Positions 30,671 to 41,803 of a stretch of 64,000 bases of DNA are shown here, one piece after another. Position 1 is the stretch's first letter; each line of letters opens with the position of its first letter. The translations under genes were made by a program, and so were the position numbers. The stretch is from an uncultured Gammaproteobacteria bacterium (GTDB taxonomy: Bacteria > Patescibacteriota > Patescibacteriia > Magasanikbacterales > UBA922): contig CAZFTR010000001.1 in NCBI GenBank assembly GCA_964522405.1, forward strand, positions 4,602 to 68,601. The letters run 5' to 3'. The notes below the pieces were generated by a model. The model was not told where the DNA came from and made no database searches. It was given only the letters and a program-made list of their open reading frames with translations.

Positions 30671-30736
30671 GAACAATGTGTTGGTAAATCATTATTCACT
30701 TGTTAATTATTAATTGTTAGTTGCTAGTTAAGTAGT

Positions 30737-31315
30737 ATGATTTCATACATCACCGGAAAAATACTTTCAAAAAGTAAAGTCAGTGCTGTTGTTTTGACAA
30801 CTGGCGGAGTTGGCTATGAAATTGGCCTTACAACACTTCAACTTTCTGGAATTTCAGAGGGACAAGAGATAGGTTTTTTTGCATATTTGAAAGTAAGTGA
30901 CAGTAGTCTTGATTTGTATGGATTTGAGTCAGCAGAGGAGAGAGAATTTTTCACATTGCTTCTTTCAGTTTCAGGAGTCGGACCAAAAAGCGCCATGAAT
31001 ATTCTAGGACTTGGCTCAATAGATCAGATCAAAGATGCAATAGCTCGCCAAGATGTAAAATACCTAACAGCAGTACAGGGAATGGGAAAGAAAACAGCAG
31101 AGCGAATGGTAGTAGAATTAAAATCTAAGATTGCCAAACAAGTTACGCAAGTTAGTGAAGAAAAAAATGGCGGTGTGTTAGGTGATGTGGTAGAAGGATT
31201 GGTTTCACTTGGTTATAGTCGGGATGACGCAAGAGAGGTTGCTCAGAAATTGGATAGTACAGGGAAGACAAGTGAAGATCTGCTACGTATCGCCTTGCGG
31301 ATGATGAGTAAATAG
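30737..31315 (+). CDS. ruvA: Holliday junction branch migration protein RuvA
   Basis: GGVGYEI, LYGF, VSGVGPKSA, GKKTAERMVVELK. Confidence 0.96.
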   Translation: MISYITGKILSKSKVSAVVLTTGGVGYEIGLTTLQLSGISEGQEIGFFAYLKVSDSSLDLYGFESAEEREFFTLLLSVSGVGPKSAMNILGLGSIDQIKDAIARQDVKYLTAVQGMGKKTAERMVVELKSKIAKQVTQVSEEKNGGVLGDVVEGLVSLGYSRDDAREVAQKLDSTGKTSEDLLRIALRMMSK

Positions 31316-31323
31316 GAACTAAA

Positions 31324-31362
31324 ATAAATAAAAAATCGGTGTTGAGCCGATTTTTTTATTTA
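31324..31362. terminator. Bidirectional intrinsic terminator
   Basis: ATAAATAAAAAATCGG-TGTTGAG-CCGATTTTTTTATTTAT. Confidence 0.85.
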
Positions 31363-31386
31363 TGGGTATTTTAAAATAATTGGGTA

Positions 31387-31542
31387 TGTCGCTTCACATC
31401 CCCGAGCCAAAGTACAGAGTGGTTAGTTCAGCTCTCGCCATTAATGCGCGGTACTGGCGAAAGACCTACGCATCTTCAATAAGGACACACTCTCCTCCTG
31501 AATAGGAGCCGAAGCACCTTCCCATAAAGATGTGAAGCGACA
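31387..31542 (-). ncRNA. Stand-alone rod-like small RNA, possibly 6S-like
   Basis: 14-bp perfect closing stem; TTGACG-17-TAACAT promoter places the start at the stem; terminator downstream. Confidence 0.65.
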
Positions 31543-31595
31543 GGAGTATGTTAGCACTTTGGTTTTTTGGCGTCAAAAAAGTGAGAAAAAGTTTC

Positions 31596-31805
31596 CTATT
31601 TTGTTTTGAGTAAATTATAAATGGCTGCGATTATAAAAACTAACTGGAGAATAATAAAGATTAGATCTCCAATATAAATACTATATATTTCTAAACAGAG
31701 ACCGCCAATTATATAAAGAATATTCTGATTTTTTCTTTTTTTGGTAATTATTCCTATGGAGATAAGCAATAATCCGATTGCTCCGATAATTTTGAAGATG
31801 CTCAT
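31596..31805 (-). CDS. Small three-TM membrane protein
   Basis: 69 aa, hydrophobic, start overlaps the upstream stop. Confidence 0.7.
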   Translation of the reverse strand: MSIFKIIGAIGLLLISIGIITKKRKNQNILYIIGGLCLEIYSIYIGDLIFIILQLVFIIAAIYNLLKTK

Positions 31806-32056
31806 AAAGACTTCTTATTTTTTTTATAAATTCTTCTTGTGTTGTAGAGAACAGCCACAAGAAACCAACCCAGTAAGGCAAATAATGAAGCTAGTATGAT
31901 TTGAAATAGGGCTAAACTTAATTTTGCATCTGGAGCATCCATCATAAAGGGTACTTGAAAAATAACCGCAAGCACAAAAAGTGGTAAAAGATATAGAATA
32001 AATTTAAAACTTTTTCTTAAGATTTTTCTTTTGTAGGTTTTTAAGGTTTTAAGCAT
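31802..32056 (-). CDS. Small two-TM hypothetical protein
   Basis: 84 aa ORF in operon-like run. Confidence 0.65.
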   Translation of the reverse strand: MLKTLKTYKRKILRKSFKFILYLLPLFVLAVIFQVPFMMDAPDAKLSLALFQIILASLFALLGWFLVAVLYNTRRIYKKNKKSL

Positions 32057-32087
32057 AAATTAAGGATATATTAAAAATATTTAAGAA

Positions 32088-32909
32088 TTATTTTTGACAA
32101 GTTGAGCAATAGAAACTAGATCTACCATTTTGTTTTACTCTCTCTATTGCCCCGGAACAATTTAAACAATTTTGAGAGTCTCTGCCATAGACTTTAAATG
32201 TTTGTTGGAATTCTCCAACGTCACCATTGAGTTGCACATAGTCTCGCAGTGTTGAACCGCCCAGCTTAATGGCCTTTTTGAGAATTTTTTTGATATTTTT
32301 TACTAATAATTTTACCTCTTGCGGCTCTAGAGAGTTTGCCGGTCTTAGAGGTGATATTTTGCTTTCAAACAAGGATTCATTTATATAAATATTACCAACA
32401 CCAACGACGATTTTATTATCCATCATGGCTGTTTTGATGTTGATTGATTTCCCGGAGATTTTTTTGGATAGGTATGCACTGTTAAATTTTTGGCTAAGAG
32501 GTTCAGGTCCTAATTCTCTGAGCATTTTATGCTCTGCAATTTGATTTGCAGGTAGTAGATCAATTAAGCCAAATCTGCGAACATCATTGTAGATTAAGCA
32601 ACTATGGTCATTAAATTTAACTACAAAGTGGTCATGTTTATTTAGTTGGTTAGGTGGATTTTTTAAATAAATTAATTTTCCAGTCATTCCCAGATGGATG
32701 AGTAGGGTTTGGGCATTATCAAAATCAATCAAGATATAACGAGCCCTTCTGCTGATCGCTTTTATCCTTTGTTTTTTCAAAATTTGAAGATTTTTAGGGT
32801 AGGGAAGCCTTAGTCTTTTGCCTGAAATTGAAATCTCGACAATTTTTTGGTTTGGAATATATTTTTTCAGGCCGGCGACAATGGTTTGTACTTCAGGGAG
32901 TTCGGGCAT
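32088..32909 (-). CDS. mutM: Formamidopyrimidine-DNA glycosylase
   Basis: MPELPEV, HLGMTG, GVGNIY, C-terminal zinc finger. Confidence 0.96.
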   Translation of the reverse strand: MPELPEVQTIVAGLKKYIPNQKIVEISISGKRLRLPYPKNLQILKKQRIKAISRRARYILIDFDNAQTLLIHLGMTGKLIYLKNPPNQLNKHDHFVVKFNDHSCLIYNDVRRFGLIDLLPANQIAEHKMLRELGPEPLSQKFNSAYLSKKISGKSINIKTAMMDNKIVVGVGNIYINESLFESKISPLRPANSLEPQEVKLLVKNIKKILKKAIKLGGSTLRDYVQLNGDVGEFQQTFKVYGRDSQNCLNCSGAIERVKQNGRSSFYCSTCQK

Positions 32910-33011
32910 AGGGGGAGGGGGATGGGAGGGTTTAAGTATGTGTGAAATTTGGGAGAGTGCGAATTAGCGAATTATATATATTTTAATAGGTTAATAAAAT
33001 TTGGCCTATTT

Positions 33012-33113
33012 CACATAACGTTAGGGATATACGAAGTTTTTCTGCAGCGTAGCGGAAGAAAAATTTGGGTGAAGCCCGAGCCGAGGGCTGAACCGTATAT
33101 CCCTTGTTATGTG
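33012..33113 (-). mobile_element. attC-like integron cassette site (downstream of cassette gene)
   Basis: CACATAAC..AGGGATATACG / CGTATATCCCT..GTTATGTG: AAC/GTT outer boxes and inner paired boxes. Confidence 0.75.
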
Positions 33114-33185
33114 CCCCGACGACTGAAAGGAGGAGAGCGCAGCGTGGTTCGACCGAAGGGAGAAAGTCCGCCGTAGCCCACCGTC

Positions 33186-33833
33186 CTATTCGCAATTATT
33201 ATGCAACTTCCACATTTCTGGATCGTGTCCTTCAGGGATATTCTCGCATGGATTGCCAGAGGTATACCCTCTCAATTCATTATATTGTTCTACTTGCTGG
33301 GGCGTAAGAATTTCAACCATAGACAAGTGATATTTCAAATGAACAAACCTCAATTGACCATACAACTCAGCACTTTCTTTAACTTTTTCTTGAAGAAATG
33401 CGTTTGTAATTGTTTTAGTTGTGAATGAATCATCAATTTCTTTTTCAATATCTATAATTTTTTCACCAAGATCAATGGCTTCGGAACGCATTTCTTCATA
33501 AAGTGCTTCAATTTGTTTATGTTGTTCATTTGCTAGTTGAAATTCTCCTCCATCATACGCATCCAAAACATGACGAGGGCCAGGGTATCCGTTAAGTTCG
33601 GCAGGTTTTGCCATTCCTCCGAAAGGAGTTCCAGCCCCAGCAAGTAGTCCCTCAATATCATTTTGAGAAAGTGATTTTATACCTCTGGCTTCTTGTCCTG
33701 CATAAGGTGAATGTACTGCACTTTCGTCAGAAGTTTGAGAAGTACTTTTATGCTGTTGCGAGAATATCCCTACAACTACAGCGATAAGAATAACTCCAAT
33801 AATAATTGCGAATTTTTTATTAAACTTTTTCAT
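33186..33833 (-). CDS. Exported Spy/CpxP-like helical protein (cassette gene)
   Basis: N-terminal TM; SPYAGQE..IKSLS, AELNGYPGPRHVL, LTPQQ motif. Confidence 0.75.
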   Translation of the reverse strand: MKKFNKKFAIIIGVILIAVVVGIFSQQHKSTSQTSDESAVHSPYAGQEARGIKSLSQNDIEGLLAGAGTPFGGMAKPAELNGYPGPRHVLDAYDGGEFQLANEQHKQIEALYEEMRSEAIDLGEKIIDIEKEIDDSFTTKTITNAFLQEKVKESAELYGQLRFVHLKYHLSMVEILTPQQVEQYNELRGYTSGNPCENIPEGHDPEMWKLHNNCE

Positions 33834-33895
33834 AATGATTAGCTAAATTATAAATGATTTAAAAGTTTTCCGCTAAAGGCGGGCGGAGGCGAATT

Positions 33896-33959
33896 GCACA
33901 TAACTAGCATTTATAGGAACAGTTTACCAAATAACAACAGAAATTGGTATGTTATGCGA
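33896..33959 (-). mobile_element. Short attC-like site (upstream of cassette gene)
   Basis: CGCATAAC..CCAATTT / AAATGCTA-GTTATGTGC on the minus strand. Confidence 0.55.
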
Positions 33960-34086
33960 ACTGTCATCTGCAAATTAGCTCACCTCTAAATAATACCACC
34001 CATCCCTCATCCCATCAAATAAAAAACAAGCCCCCTCTCACAGGCCTGTTTTTATTGTTCATTGTTTATTGGTCACTGGTCATTGA

Positions 34087-36582
34087 TCAAAGCAAAGCAA
34101 TACTCGCCACCTTATCCCCCTCAACCTTAAATCTCATCATTCTCACTCCTTGAGTAGCTCGACCAAGCGTGGAAACACTCTTCAGCGGTGTTCTTACCAC
34201 TTGCCCGTTTACAGAAATCATCATCAGGTCTTGCTCTTCTGTATTGTTGATTACTCTGGCACCAATTATCTCTCCGGTTTTGCTGGTAATTGACATGGTC
34301 TTAATTCCGCTTCCTCCGCGACCTTGTACTTTATACTCTTTCAAGGCCGTGCGTTTTCCTAGTCCGTTTTCTGAAACCACTAGAAGTTCAAATACTTTTT
34401 TGTTGATTAGATCTGGTTGGGCTATTCCCATTCCTACTATCTGATCTTTGGATTTTAGTCTGATTCCTCGAACTCCACTGGCTGTTCGTCCCATTGCTCT
34501 TACTCCTGATTCTTTGAAGCGAATTGCTTGGCCCAGTTTGGTAATCAGCACTATATCGTCTTTCCCTGCTGATGGGCGAACCCATTCCAGATAATCGTCT
34601 TCTTTTAGTTTTAGAGCAATCAATCCTGATCTCCGCACATTTCCAAAGTCTTCTATTTTTGTTTTCTTGATGGTTCCTTTGTTGGTTACCATGACCAGGA
34701 ATTTGTATTTGCTCATATCATCCATGGAGAGTATGGCTGATACTTTTTCATTTGGTGCCAATTGCAAGAAATTTACCAGTGCTTGTCCTTTTGCTGTTCT
34801 GCTGGTTTGTGGTATTTCATAAGCTCGCAGCAAAAATACTCGTCCTCTGGTGGTAAAGAATAGCAAATTGTCATGAGTATTGGTTGAGATCAAGTGTTCT
34901 ACCACATCTTCTTCTTTGGTGGTTAGCCCCATAACACCTTTTCCACCTCTTCCTTGGGTTTTGAAGGTGTCTGTGGGCATTCTTTTGATATATCCGTCTT
35001 TTGTTCCAAGGATTATAGTTGGTTCATTTGGTACCAGGTCTTCTACACTAAATTCTTTTACTCCGTGAGCTATGATTGCTGTGCGTCTTTCGTCTGCGTA
35101 TTTTTCTTTTATTCCAGCAATATCTTTTTTGATAATCCCTAATATTTTCTTTGGACTTTTGAGGATTGATTCTAGCTCTGCAATTAGTTTTTTCTTTTCT
35201 TTTAATTCATCATCTATTTTCTTTCTTTCCAAATTGGCCAGCTGTTGTAGCTTCATTTCAAGAATGGCAACTGTTTGTCGCTCTGTAAATTTGAATTTCT
35301 TCATCAAATTAGCTTTGGCCTCTTCTTTGTCTTTTGATTTTCTAATTGTATTGATCACCGCATCTATTTTGTCCAGTGCTTTTTTCAAGCCTTCAAGAAT
35401 ATGGGCGCGATCTTTTGCTTTGTTTAATTCAAACTCTGTTCTTCTCCTTATAACTTCTTGTCTGTGCTTGATATATTCTTCTAGTACTGTTTTTAAATTC
35501 AAAACTCTTGGTTGAATTCCATCAATCAGAGCCAGCATGTTGACATGAAATGTTGTTTGCAAGTCTGTTAATTTGAAAAGTCTATTTAGGATTTTTTTGG
35601 CGTATGCGTCTTTTTTTAGTTGGATTACTACCCGAACCCCTTCTTTGTTTGATTCATCACGTAGATCTTTTATTCCTTCTATTTTCTTTTCTTGTACTAG
35701 TGTGGCAATTTTCTCTAGAAGTTTTGATTTGTTTACTTGATAAGGAACTTCTGTCACTACAATTTGATAATATCCGGTTTTTAATTCCTGAATATCTGTT
35801 TTAGCGCGAACCACTATTCCTCCGCGTCCGGTGGCATATGCTGCGGCAATGTCTTTTTTATTATAAATAATTCCACCGGTAGGGAAGTCTGGTCCTTTTA
35901 CATGTTTTACCAGTTCATCAATGGTTGTTTTCGGATCTTCGATCAAGGCTGCAATTCCATCACAAAGTTCTCCAAGATTATGTGGAGGTATATTGGTGGC
36001 CATTCCAACTGCAATACCCATGCTTCCGTTGAGTAGAAGATTTGGAAGTTTACTTGGTAGTACTCTTGGTTCTTTTCCTGATCCATCATATGTTGGACCA
36101 TAATCCACTGTTTGTTTTTCTATGTCTAGAAGCATTTCTTCTGCTATTGCTTCCAGTTTTGCCTCTGTATAACGCATGGCAGCTGCTCGATCTCCGTCCA
36201 TTGAACCGAAGTTTCCTTGTCCTCGAACCAGGGTATTTCTCATGCTAAAGTATTGCGCCATTCTCACCATTGAGTCATAAATTGCAGCATCTCCATGAGG
36301 ATGGTATTTTGCCATTACTTCACCTACTACATGAGCTGATTTGCGGAATTTTGAATTATGTTTAAGGCCGATACTCCACATAGCATAGAGGATTCTTCTG
36401 TGAACCGGTTTGAGTCCATCTCGAACGTCTGGTAATGCGCGTGATACTATTACACTCATTGCATAATCAAGATAGGATGTTTGCATTTCATCTACCAGAC
36501 TAATTGGTTCTACTTTTCCAATTGACCCCATTTCTGCAACTTCTTCTCCCTTTTTTGGAGTTTTGATCTTTTTCAATGCCAT
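34087..36582 (-). CDS. gyrA: DNA gyrase subunit A
   Basis: [13 protein letters not shown], GyrA-box QGRGGKG. Confidence 0.98.
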   Translation of the reverse strand: MALKKIKTPKKGEEVAEMGSIGKVEPISLVDEMQTSYLDYAMSVIVSRALPDVRDGLKPVHRRILYAMWSIGLKHNSKFRKSAHVVGEVMAKYHPHGDAAIYDSMVRMAQYFSMRNTLVRGQGNFGSMDGDRAAAMRYTEAKLEAIAEEMLLDIEKQTVDYGPTYDGSGKEPRVLPSKLPNLLLNGSMGIAVGMATNIPPHNLGELCDGIAALIEDPKTTIDELVKHVKGPDFPTGGIIYNKKDIAAAYATGRGGIVVRAKTDIQELKTGYYQIVVTEVPYQVNKSKLLEKIATLVQEKKIEGIKDLRDESNKEGVRVVIQLKKDAYAKKILNRLFKLTDLQTTFHVNMLALIDGIQPRVLNLKTVLEEYIKHRQEVIRRRTEFELNKAKDRAHILEGLKKALDKIDAVINTIRKSKDKEEAKANLMKKFKFTERQTVAILEMKLQQLANLERKKIDDELKEKKKLIAELESILKSPKKILGIIKKDIAGIKEKYADERRTAIIAHGVKEFSVEDLVPNEPTIILGTKDGYIKRMPTDTFKTQGRGGKGVMGLTTKEEDVVEHLISTNTHDNLLFFTTRGRVFLLRAYEIPQTSRTAKGQALVNFLQLAPNEKVSAILSMDDMSKYKFLVMVTNKGTIKKTKIEDFGNVRRSGLIALKLKEDDYLEWVRPSAGKDDIVLITKLGQAIRFKESGVRAMGRTASGVRGIRLKSKDQIVGMGIAQPDLINKKVFELLVVSENGLGKRTALKEYKVQGRGGSGIKTMSITSKTGEIIGARVINNTEEQDLMMISVNGQVVRTPLKSVSTLGRATQGVRMMRFKVEGDKVASIALL

Positions 36583-36610
36583 ATATGTTTTTATATTTAT
36601 TTCTTCTTTG

Positions 36611-36744
36611 GTTATAATTTTAGAGTATATTTTATTAAACTAGCTTCGCCGTCCTCGCCTCTCTTGTTGATTTGCTTTCAGCATCAACAAGGTGGCTGTG
36701 GATTGTCTCATCTACTTTAATAAAATATACTCTAAAATTATAAC
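36611..36744. repeat. 68-nt structured core (36644-36711) inside 33-bp inverted arms, copy 2
   Basis: Arms GTTATAATTTTAGAGTATATTTTATTAAACTAG / CTACTTTAATAAAATATACTCTAAAATTATAAC. Confidence 0.9.
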
Positions 36745-36805
36745 AACTGATTTCAATAAAAAGGGATCTTATTAGAATCATCCCGCCTATATTGTAGTTT
36801 GTAAA

Positions 36806-37540
36806 TTATTCACTGTCAATTTCTATAGTAGAAGTTGTGATTTCTATTGTGCTGGTTACTGAGTCAGTGCTGGTGGACATTTTTTCTAATATTAGATTGG
36901 CAAAACTTTCGCGAATGGCAGCAATCAATGATTGATCTTCATCTTTATTTTTGATTTCATCAATTCTTTTTTCCAGTGTTTCATCTGATTTGGTGATTAT
37001 TTTCATGGTTTCCTGCAGATCATCTTTGCTTTCACTGAGAAGTCTTTCTTCTAGTCCAGTTTCTTGCTTTGTGTCATATAGAAAAGTTTTTATATTGAAA
37101 AACCAAATGATAAATATTGCCAGAGAAAAAATTATCACTCCAGCCCACATCCAAACAAATAGATTTTTTCCATGTACAACAGGTTTTGCCATTTGTTTTT
37201 GTGGTTTTTGGAATTTAACTGTAGGTTTTGTAGGTGGCAGTTCAATATTTGCTGGTTTTTGAGCAGGTGGCTGTTTGCTTGGGGTGAGAACCGGTCTTTT
37301 CTTAATATCCTGCAATATCATGCTCGGAATTTCATCAACCATTTTTTTGATTGCTTTTTTTTCTTCTAATTTTTCTAGTTTTTCAGTAGGTGGAGTTTTT
37401 TCTAGAACTTTTTTCACTCTTTTTTTTCTGGGCTTAGTTTTCTTTTTTGCAACAGTTTTTTTTGCAGGTTTTTTTGGAGCAATTTTCTTTTTTTTGCCTT
37501 TTGCCTCTGCTTTGGGTTTTTTTGTTTTTTTGACAGGCAT
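36806..37540 (-). CDS. Lys-rich N-terminus, single-TM hypothetical protein
   Basis: 244 aa ORF. Confidence 0.75.
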   Translation of the reverse strand: MPVKKTKKPKAEAKGKKKKIAPKKPAKKTVAKKKTKPRKKRVKKVLEKTPPTEKLEKLEEKKAIKKMVDEIPSMILQDIKKRPVLTPSKQPPAQKPANIELPPTKPTVKFQKPQKQMAKPVVHGKNLFVWMWAGVIIFSLAIFIIWFFNIKTFLYDTKQETGLEERLLSESKDDLQETMKIITKSDETLEKRIDEIKNKDEDQSLIAAIRESFANLILEKMSTSTDSVTSTIEITTSTIEIDSE

Positions 37541-37581
37541 ACCTTAATTATAGTTTGTAGTTTACAGTTGATAGTTTACAG

Positions 37582-38199
37582 TTATTCTTTTGATAGGATA
37601 ATTATTTGGGTGTCTTCTTGTGGAAGATCTTTTTTCTTTAGTATTACTTTTTTCTCAGGTTTAATATCATGAGCTATTCCCATTTCTTTTAGAAATTTTT
37701 CAGGACCTTTTATTTTTGGATTATTATCACTTTTGAATGCCATTGGAATGACAATTTTTGGTTCAAGTTCATTTATAACCTTGATGGCTGCTTCAGTTTT
37801 GTAAGCATCTTCATGTTCAATTGGAATTATTAGAATATCTATATCAGACAATAATTCTTTTTGTCTGTCTGTTAAGGATTTGTTAGTAAGTCCAAGATGG
37901 CCGACACTGAGATTCTCAGAGTCAATTCTAACCATGGTTTCACCTTTTTGTGTGCCCTCTGCTGAGGTTATTAGAACTCCCTTTACATCACATTCTCCAG
38001 GTTCAGATAGAGTAAAAGGATTTCCAGAGATAGTTATAGAGTCTTTTTCTCCTCTAGTATAGAGAGAAACATGAGAAGTCAGACTTCGTGGAAAATTTCC
38101 AGTTTTTGGTTTGTATGTGTCGATAGTAATGATCACATCTTCATTAAGTGCTTTTGTTTGGAGTTTAAAAGCAGTATTTCCCAGCCAAGATATATGCAT
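37582..38199 (-). CDS. MBL-fold metallo-hydrolase-like protein (degenerate metal motif)
   Basis: MHISWLG..F, PGECDVKGV, EPKIVIPM. Confidence 0.8.
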   Translation of the reverse strand: MHISWLGNTAFKLQTKALNEDVIITIDTYKPKTGNFPRSLTSHVSLYTRGEKDSITISGNPFTLSEPGECDVKGVLITSAEGTQKGETMVRIDSENLSVGHLGLTNKSLTDRQKELLSDIDILIIPIEHEDAYKTEAAIKVINELEPKIVIPMAFKSDNNPKIKGPEKFLKEMGIAHDIKPEKKVILKKKDLPQEDTQIIILSKE

Positions 38200-38434
38200 A
38201 TTTATTTTAAATCAGCTAAATTATGGGAATATTATACCAAGGTTTGCATCTATTGGCAAGTAATTAAAACTAGCTAATTTCCCCTAATATTTGGCTAATT
38301 TAAGCGATTTGGCCTAGGGCTTGCATTTTTTCATTCAAGGTGCTATAATATGCCCACTTTTATATATATCTGGTAATACCAGAGCTTGAGAAATCAGGCT
38401 AATCATGGATTGTTAAATCCATATTAATTTATTT

Positions 38435-39691
38435 ATGCAAAACACAGAAGTAGACACAAAAACAGTAGATTTTGGCAAACTTTTGACTGAGTATTTTGCT
38501 AAGATTCCTCAAATTGGGGATTTAGCAAAAGGAAAGGTTATTTCTATAGACAAAGGTGAGGTCAGAATTGATATCAACGGAATGATAGTTGGTGTTGTGC
38601 GTGGTCATGAACTGTTTAGTGAATCAAAGGAATTTTCTGATGTATCAGTTGGAGATGATGTAGAGGCTACTGTAATAGAAGAAGAAAATGAGAACGGAGA
38701 AATGGAACTTTCATTCAGAATAGCTGGACATAAGATTGTTTGGGCTAGAATGCAAGATTTTGTTAATGACAATACTGTTGTTGATGGAAAAGTTATTGGA
38801 GCAAACAAAGGTGGAATGATGATAAAAGTTGACGCTCTGGTTGGTTTCCTTCCTGTTTCTCAATTAAGTCCTGAGAATTATCCTCGTGTTCCCGGTGGAG
38901 ATAAAAATCGTATTTTAGAGCATTTACGTGATTTTGTTGGAAAAACAATGAAAGTAAAAGTTCTTGATGCTAGAGAAGATGAAGAAAAATTAATTTTATC
39001 AGAAAAAGCTGTTTGGGAAGATTCACAAAAAAGTATTTTAGAATCATATAAAACCGGAGATATTGTAGAAGGTGAAATTAGCGCTCTTACTCCGTTTGGA
39101 GCATTTATGAAGTTTGGTGATGGTCTTGAGGGGCTTATCCATATTTCTGAGATTGTTTGGCAGAGAATTGATCATCCAAAAGATGTTTTGAAAACCGGAC
39201 AACCTGTAAAAGCACAAATTATTGATTTGAATAAATCAAAAATTTACCTTTCTCTTAAACGTCTTATCAATGATCCTTGGAAAACTGTAAAAGATAAATA
39301 CAAAGTAGGTCAAACTGTAACCGGAGAAATTCACAAAGTTGAGCCGTTTGGGCTTATGGTAAAGTTGGACAATGAAATTCATGGTTTAGCTCATATTTCT
39401 GATCTCTCTGATAAACAAATTGGAGACAGTAAAGCTTTCTTGAGTAAATTCAATGTTGGAGATGATCAAAAATTTGAAATTATCTCTATAGAGCCTTCTG
39501 ATCATCGTTTAGGTCTAAGACTTGATGGTGTAAAAGGAAGAGCTGAAAAACAAGAAAAAGCTCCAGTAAAGACAGAGGCTGAAACAAAAGAAAAAGAAGA
39601 AAAGCCTGCAGAAGAGGTAAAACCTGCTCAAACTGAAGAAGCAGAGAAAAAAGAAGAGAAAACTGAAGAGAAAACTGAAGAGGCAGCTTAA
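38435..39691 (+). CDS. rpsA: 30S ribosomal protein S1 (four S1 domains)
   Basis: GFLPVSQL, FGAF...EGLIHISE repeats. Confidence 0.92.
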   Translation: MQNTEVDTKTVDFGKLLTEYFAKIPQIGDLAKGKVISIDKGEVRIDINGMIVGVVRGHELFSESKEFSDVSVGDDVEATVIEEENENGEMELSFRIAGHKIVWARMQDFVNDNTVVDGKVIGANKGGMMIKVDALVGFLPVSQLSPENYPRVPGGDKNRILEHLRDFVGKTMKVKVLDAREDEEKLILSEKAVWEDSQKSILESYKTGDIVEGEISALTPFGAFMKFGDGLEGLIHISEIVWQRIDHPKDVLKTGQPVKAQIIDLNKSKIYLSLKRLINDPWKTVKDKYKVGQTVTGEIHKVEPFGLMVKLDNEIHGLAHISDLSDKQIGDSKAFLSKFNVGDDQKFEIISIEPSDHRLGLRLDGVKGRAEKQEKAPVKTEAETKEKEEKPAEEVKPAQTEEAEKKEEKTEEKTEEAA

Positions 39692-39709
39692 AAAGGTTAA
39701 GAAATTATT

Positions 39710-39736
39710 AAAACCACCCTTAAAAAGGGTGGTTTT
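39710..39736 (+). terminator. Intrinsic terminator
   Basis: AAAACCACCCT-TAAAA-AGGGTGGTTTT. Confidence 0.8.
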
Positions 39737-39817
39737 ATATACATTGACAAAAGAGCCATTTTTGGCTATAATTGCATTCATTGTTAGTGAACAATATATA
39801 ATTAAGTATTTATTTTT

Positions 39818-41674
39818 ATGAAAGAACTTATTAAAAAATTTGGTGTGGTGGTTCTTACCTTGCTGCTTATAGCTGCTCTTTTGAGTTTTTCTGAGATGAA
39901 AAAAGAAAAACCAGAAGAGGTTGGTATTAATAAGCTGGTTCAGGAAATAGAAGAGGGTTCTGTTAAGTCAATTGATATTACCGGAGATATTTTAAAGGTA
40001 AAACTTGTTGATGATAATGCACCTAAGCAAGAAGTAAAAAAAGAATTTGGACAGTCTTTTTCTGAGCTTATGAACAACTATGATGTTGATCCTGTTAAGC
40101 TAAAAGCTGTAGAAGTTTCTATTAAAAAAGAAAGCGGAGCAGGTTATTGGCTTGAGCAACTAGCTCCTTACTTACTTCCATTACTACTTATTGTTGGATT
40201 GATTTATTTTATGAGCCGACAAGTTCAGGGAGTAAACAATCGTGCTATGGGGTTTGGACAAAGTAAAGCTCGTGAATCCAAGCAAGATGATAAAAACAAA
40301 AAAACTTTCAAAGACGTTGCAGGGTCAAAAGAAGCAAAGGAAGAACTGCGCGAAATAATTGAATTTTTAAAACATCCAAAGAAATTTTCAGACATGGGCG
40401 CAAAGATTCCTAAAGGAGTTTTATTGATGGGTGCACCTGGTACTGGAAAAACACTTCTTGCTAAGGCTGTTTCCGGAGAAGCTGGAGTTCCTTTTTTCCA
40501 TATAAGCGGGTCTGAATTTGTAGAGATGTTTGTCGGAGTAGGTGCCAGTCGTGTTCGCGACCTTTTTAACAAAGCAAAGAAAACAGCACCGGCAATCGTA
40601 TTTATCGATGAGATTGATGCTGTTGGTAGAAAGCGTGGAGCAGGACTTGGTGGATCTCATGATGAGCGTGAACAAACACTAAATCAGATTTTGGTGGAAA
40701 TGGATGGTTTTGAAACTAATAGTGGTGTAATAGTAATAGCTGCTACTAATAGGCCGGACGTTCTTGATCAAGCTCTTCTTCGTCCAGGACGTTTTGACAG
40801 GAGAGTAGTGATTGATCTACCTGATATAGATGCCCGAGAAGAGATTTTGGGAGTTCATGCAAGTAACAAGCCAATTGCCAAAGATGTTAAACTTCGTGAA
40901 ATTGCTGAGAGAACGCCTGGTTTTTCCGGTGCTGATCTTGAAAATTTGTTAAATGAGGCTGCTATTATGGCAGTAGGAAGGAAAGTTAAAGAAATTGATT
41001 CAAAGCTTGTGCTTGAAGCTATAGAAAAAGTAATGCTAGGACCTGAAAAGCGATCCAGAGTAATGGACAAAAAAGACAAAGAAATGACTGCTTATCATGA
41101 GGCAGGCCATGCAGTGGTTGGGCATTTTCTAGAGCATTGTGATCCTATTCGAAAAGTGTCTATCATTGGTCGTGGTATGGCTGGTGGTTACACACTTAGT
41201 GTGCCAGAAAAAGATATTCCTTATAGAACCCTTGCAAAATTCAAAGATGATATGGCTATGATGCTGGGAGGATATGTGATTGAGAAAATGAAATATGGAG
41301 ATGAATTTCTCTCAACAGGCCCATCTAGTGATTTGAAAAAAGCTACAGAAACTGCTACTAAGATGGTTATGAGATATGCCATGAGTGATAAGCTTGGACC
41401 AAGACTTTATGGTGAGAATGAAGAAATGATTTTCTTGGCTCAAGAAATTCATAATAAGAAAAATTATTCTGAGAAAACTGCAGAGCTTATTGATGAAGAG
41501 ATAGATGAGCTTCTTACAAACGCAAAGAAAACAGCAGAAAAAATCCTGCATGATCATATGGAAGAGATTGAGAAATTGGTTGAGCATTTACTAGAAAAAG
41601 AAACAATTGAGAGAGGCGAGTTTGTAAAAGTTATGGGCTCTGGAGCAAAGAAGGAAGAAGAATCTGAAGCCTAA
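39818..41674 (+). CDS. ftsH: ATP-dependent zinc metalloprotease FtsH
   Basis: [26 protein letters not shown]. Confidence 0.97.
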   Translation: MKELIKKFGVVVLTLLLIAALLSFSEMKKEKPEEVGINKLVQEIEEGSVKSIDITGDILKVKLVDDNAPKQEVKKEFGQSFSELMNNYDVDPVKLKAVEVSIKKESGAGYWLEQLAPYLLPLLLIVGLIYFMSRQVQGVNNRAMGFGQSKARESKQDDKNKKTFKDVAGSKEAKEELREIIEFLKHPKKFSDMGAKIPKGVLLMGAPGTGKTLLAKAVSGEAGVPFFHISGSEFVEMFVGVGASRVRDLFNKAKKTAPAIVFIDEIDAVGRKRGAGLGGSHDEREQTLNQILVEMDGFETNSGVIVIAATNRPDVLDQALLRPGRFDRRVVIDLPDIDAREEILGVHASNKPIAKDVKLREIAERTPGFSGADLENLLNEAAIMAVGRKVKEIDSKLVLEAIEKVMLGPEKRSRVMDKKDKEMTAYHEAGHAVVGHFLEHCDPIRKVSIIGRGMAGGYTLSVPEKDIPYRTLAKFKDDMAMMLGGYVIEKMKYGDEFLSTGPSSDLKKATETATKMVMRYAMSDKLGPRLYGENEEMIFLAQEIHNKKNYSEKTAELIDEEIDELLTNAKKTAEKILHDHMEEIEKLVEHLLEKETIERGEFVKVMGSGAKKEEESEA

Positions 41675-41803
41675 AAAATTGATTCTAAATATAAAATCCG
41701 CTGAAATGCGGATTTTATAATATTTGATCGCATATTAATAAAAAATATGCTATAATGCTGGATAGTTTAAAAGTCATTTAAATATATTTTTAATATCTTC
41801 TAT

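Noticed and set aside
33114-33185. GGAGAAAGTCCG as an RNase P RNA signature
   Set aside because: Too little space and no other RNase P conserved regions; it lies within the cassette 3' region.
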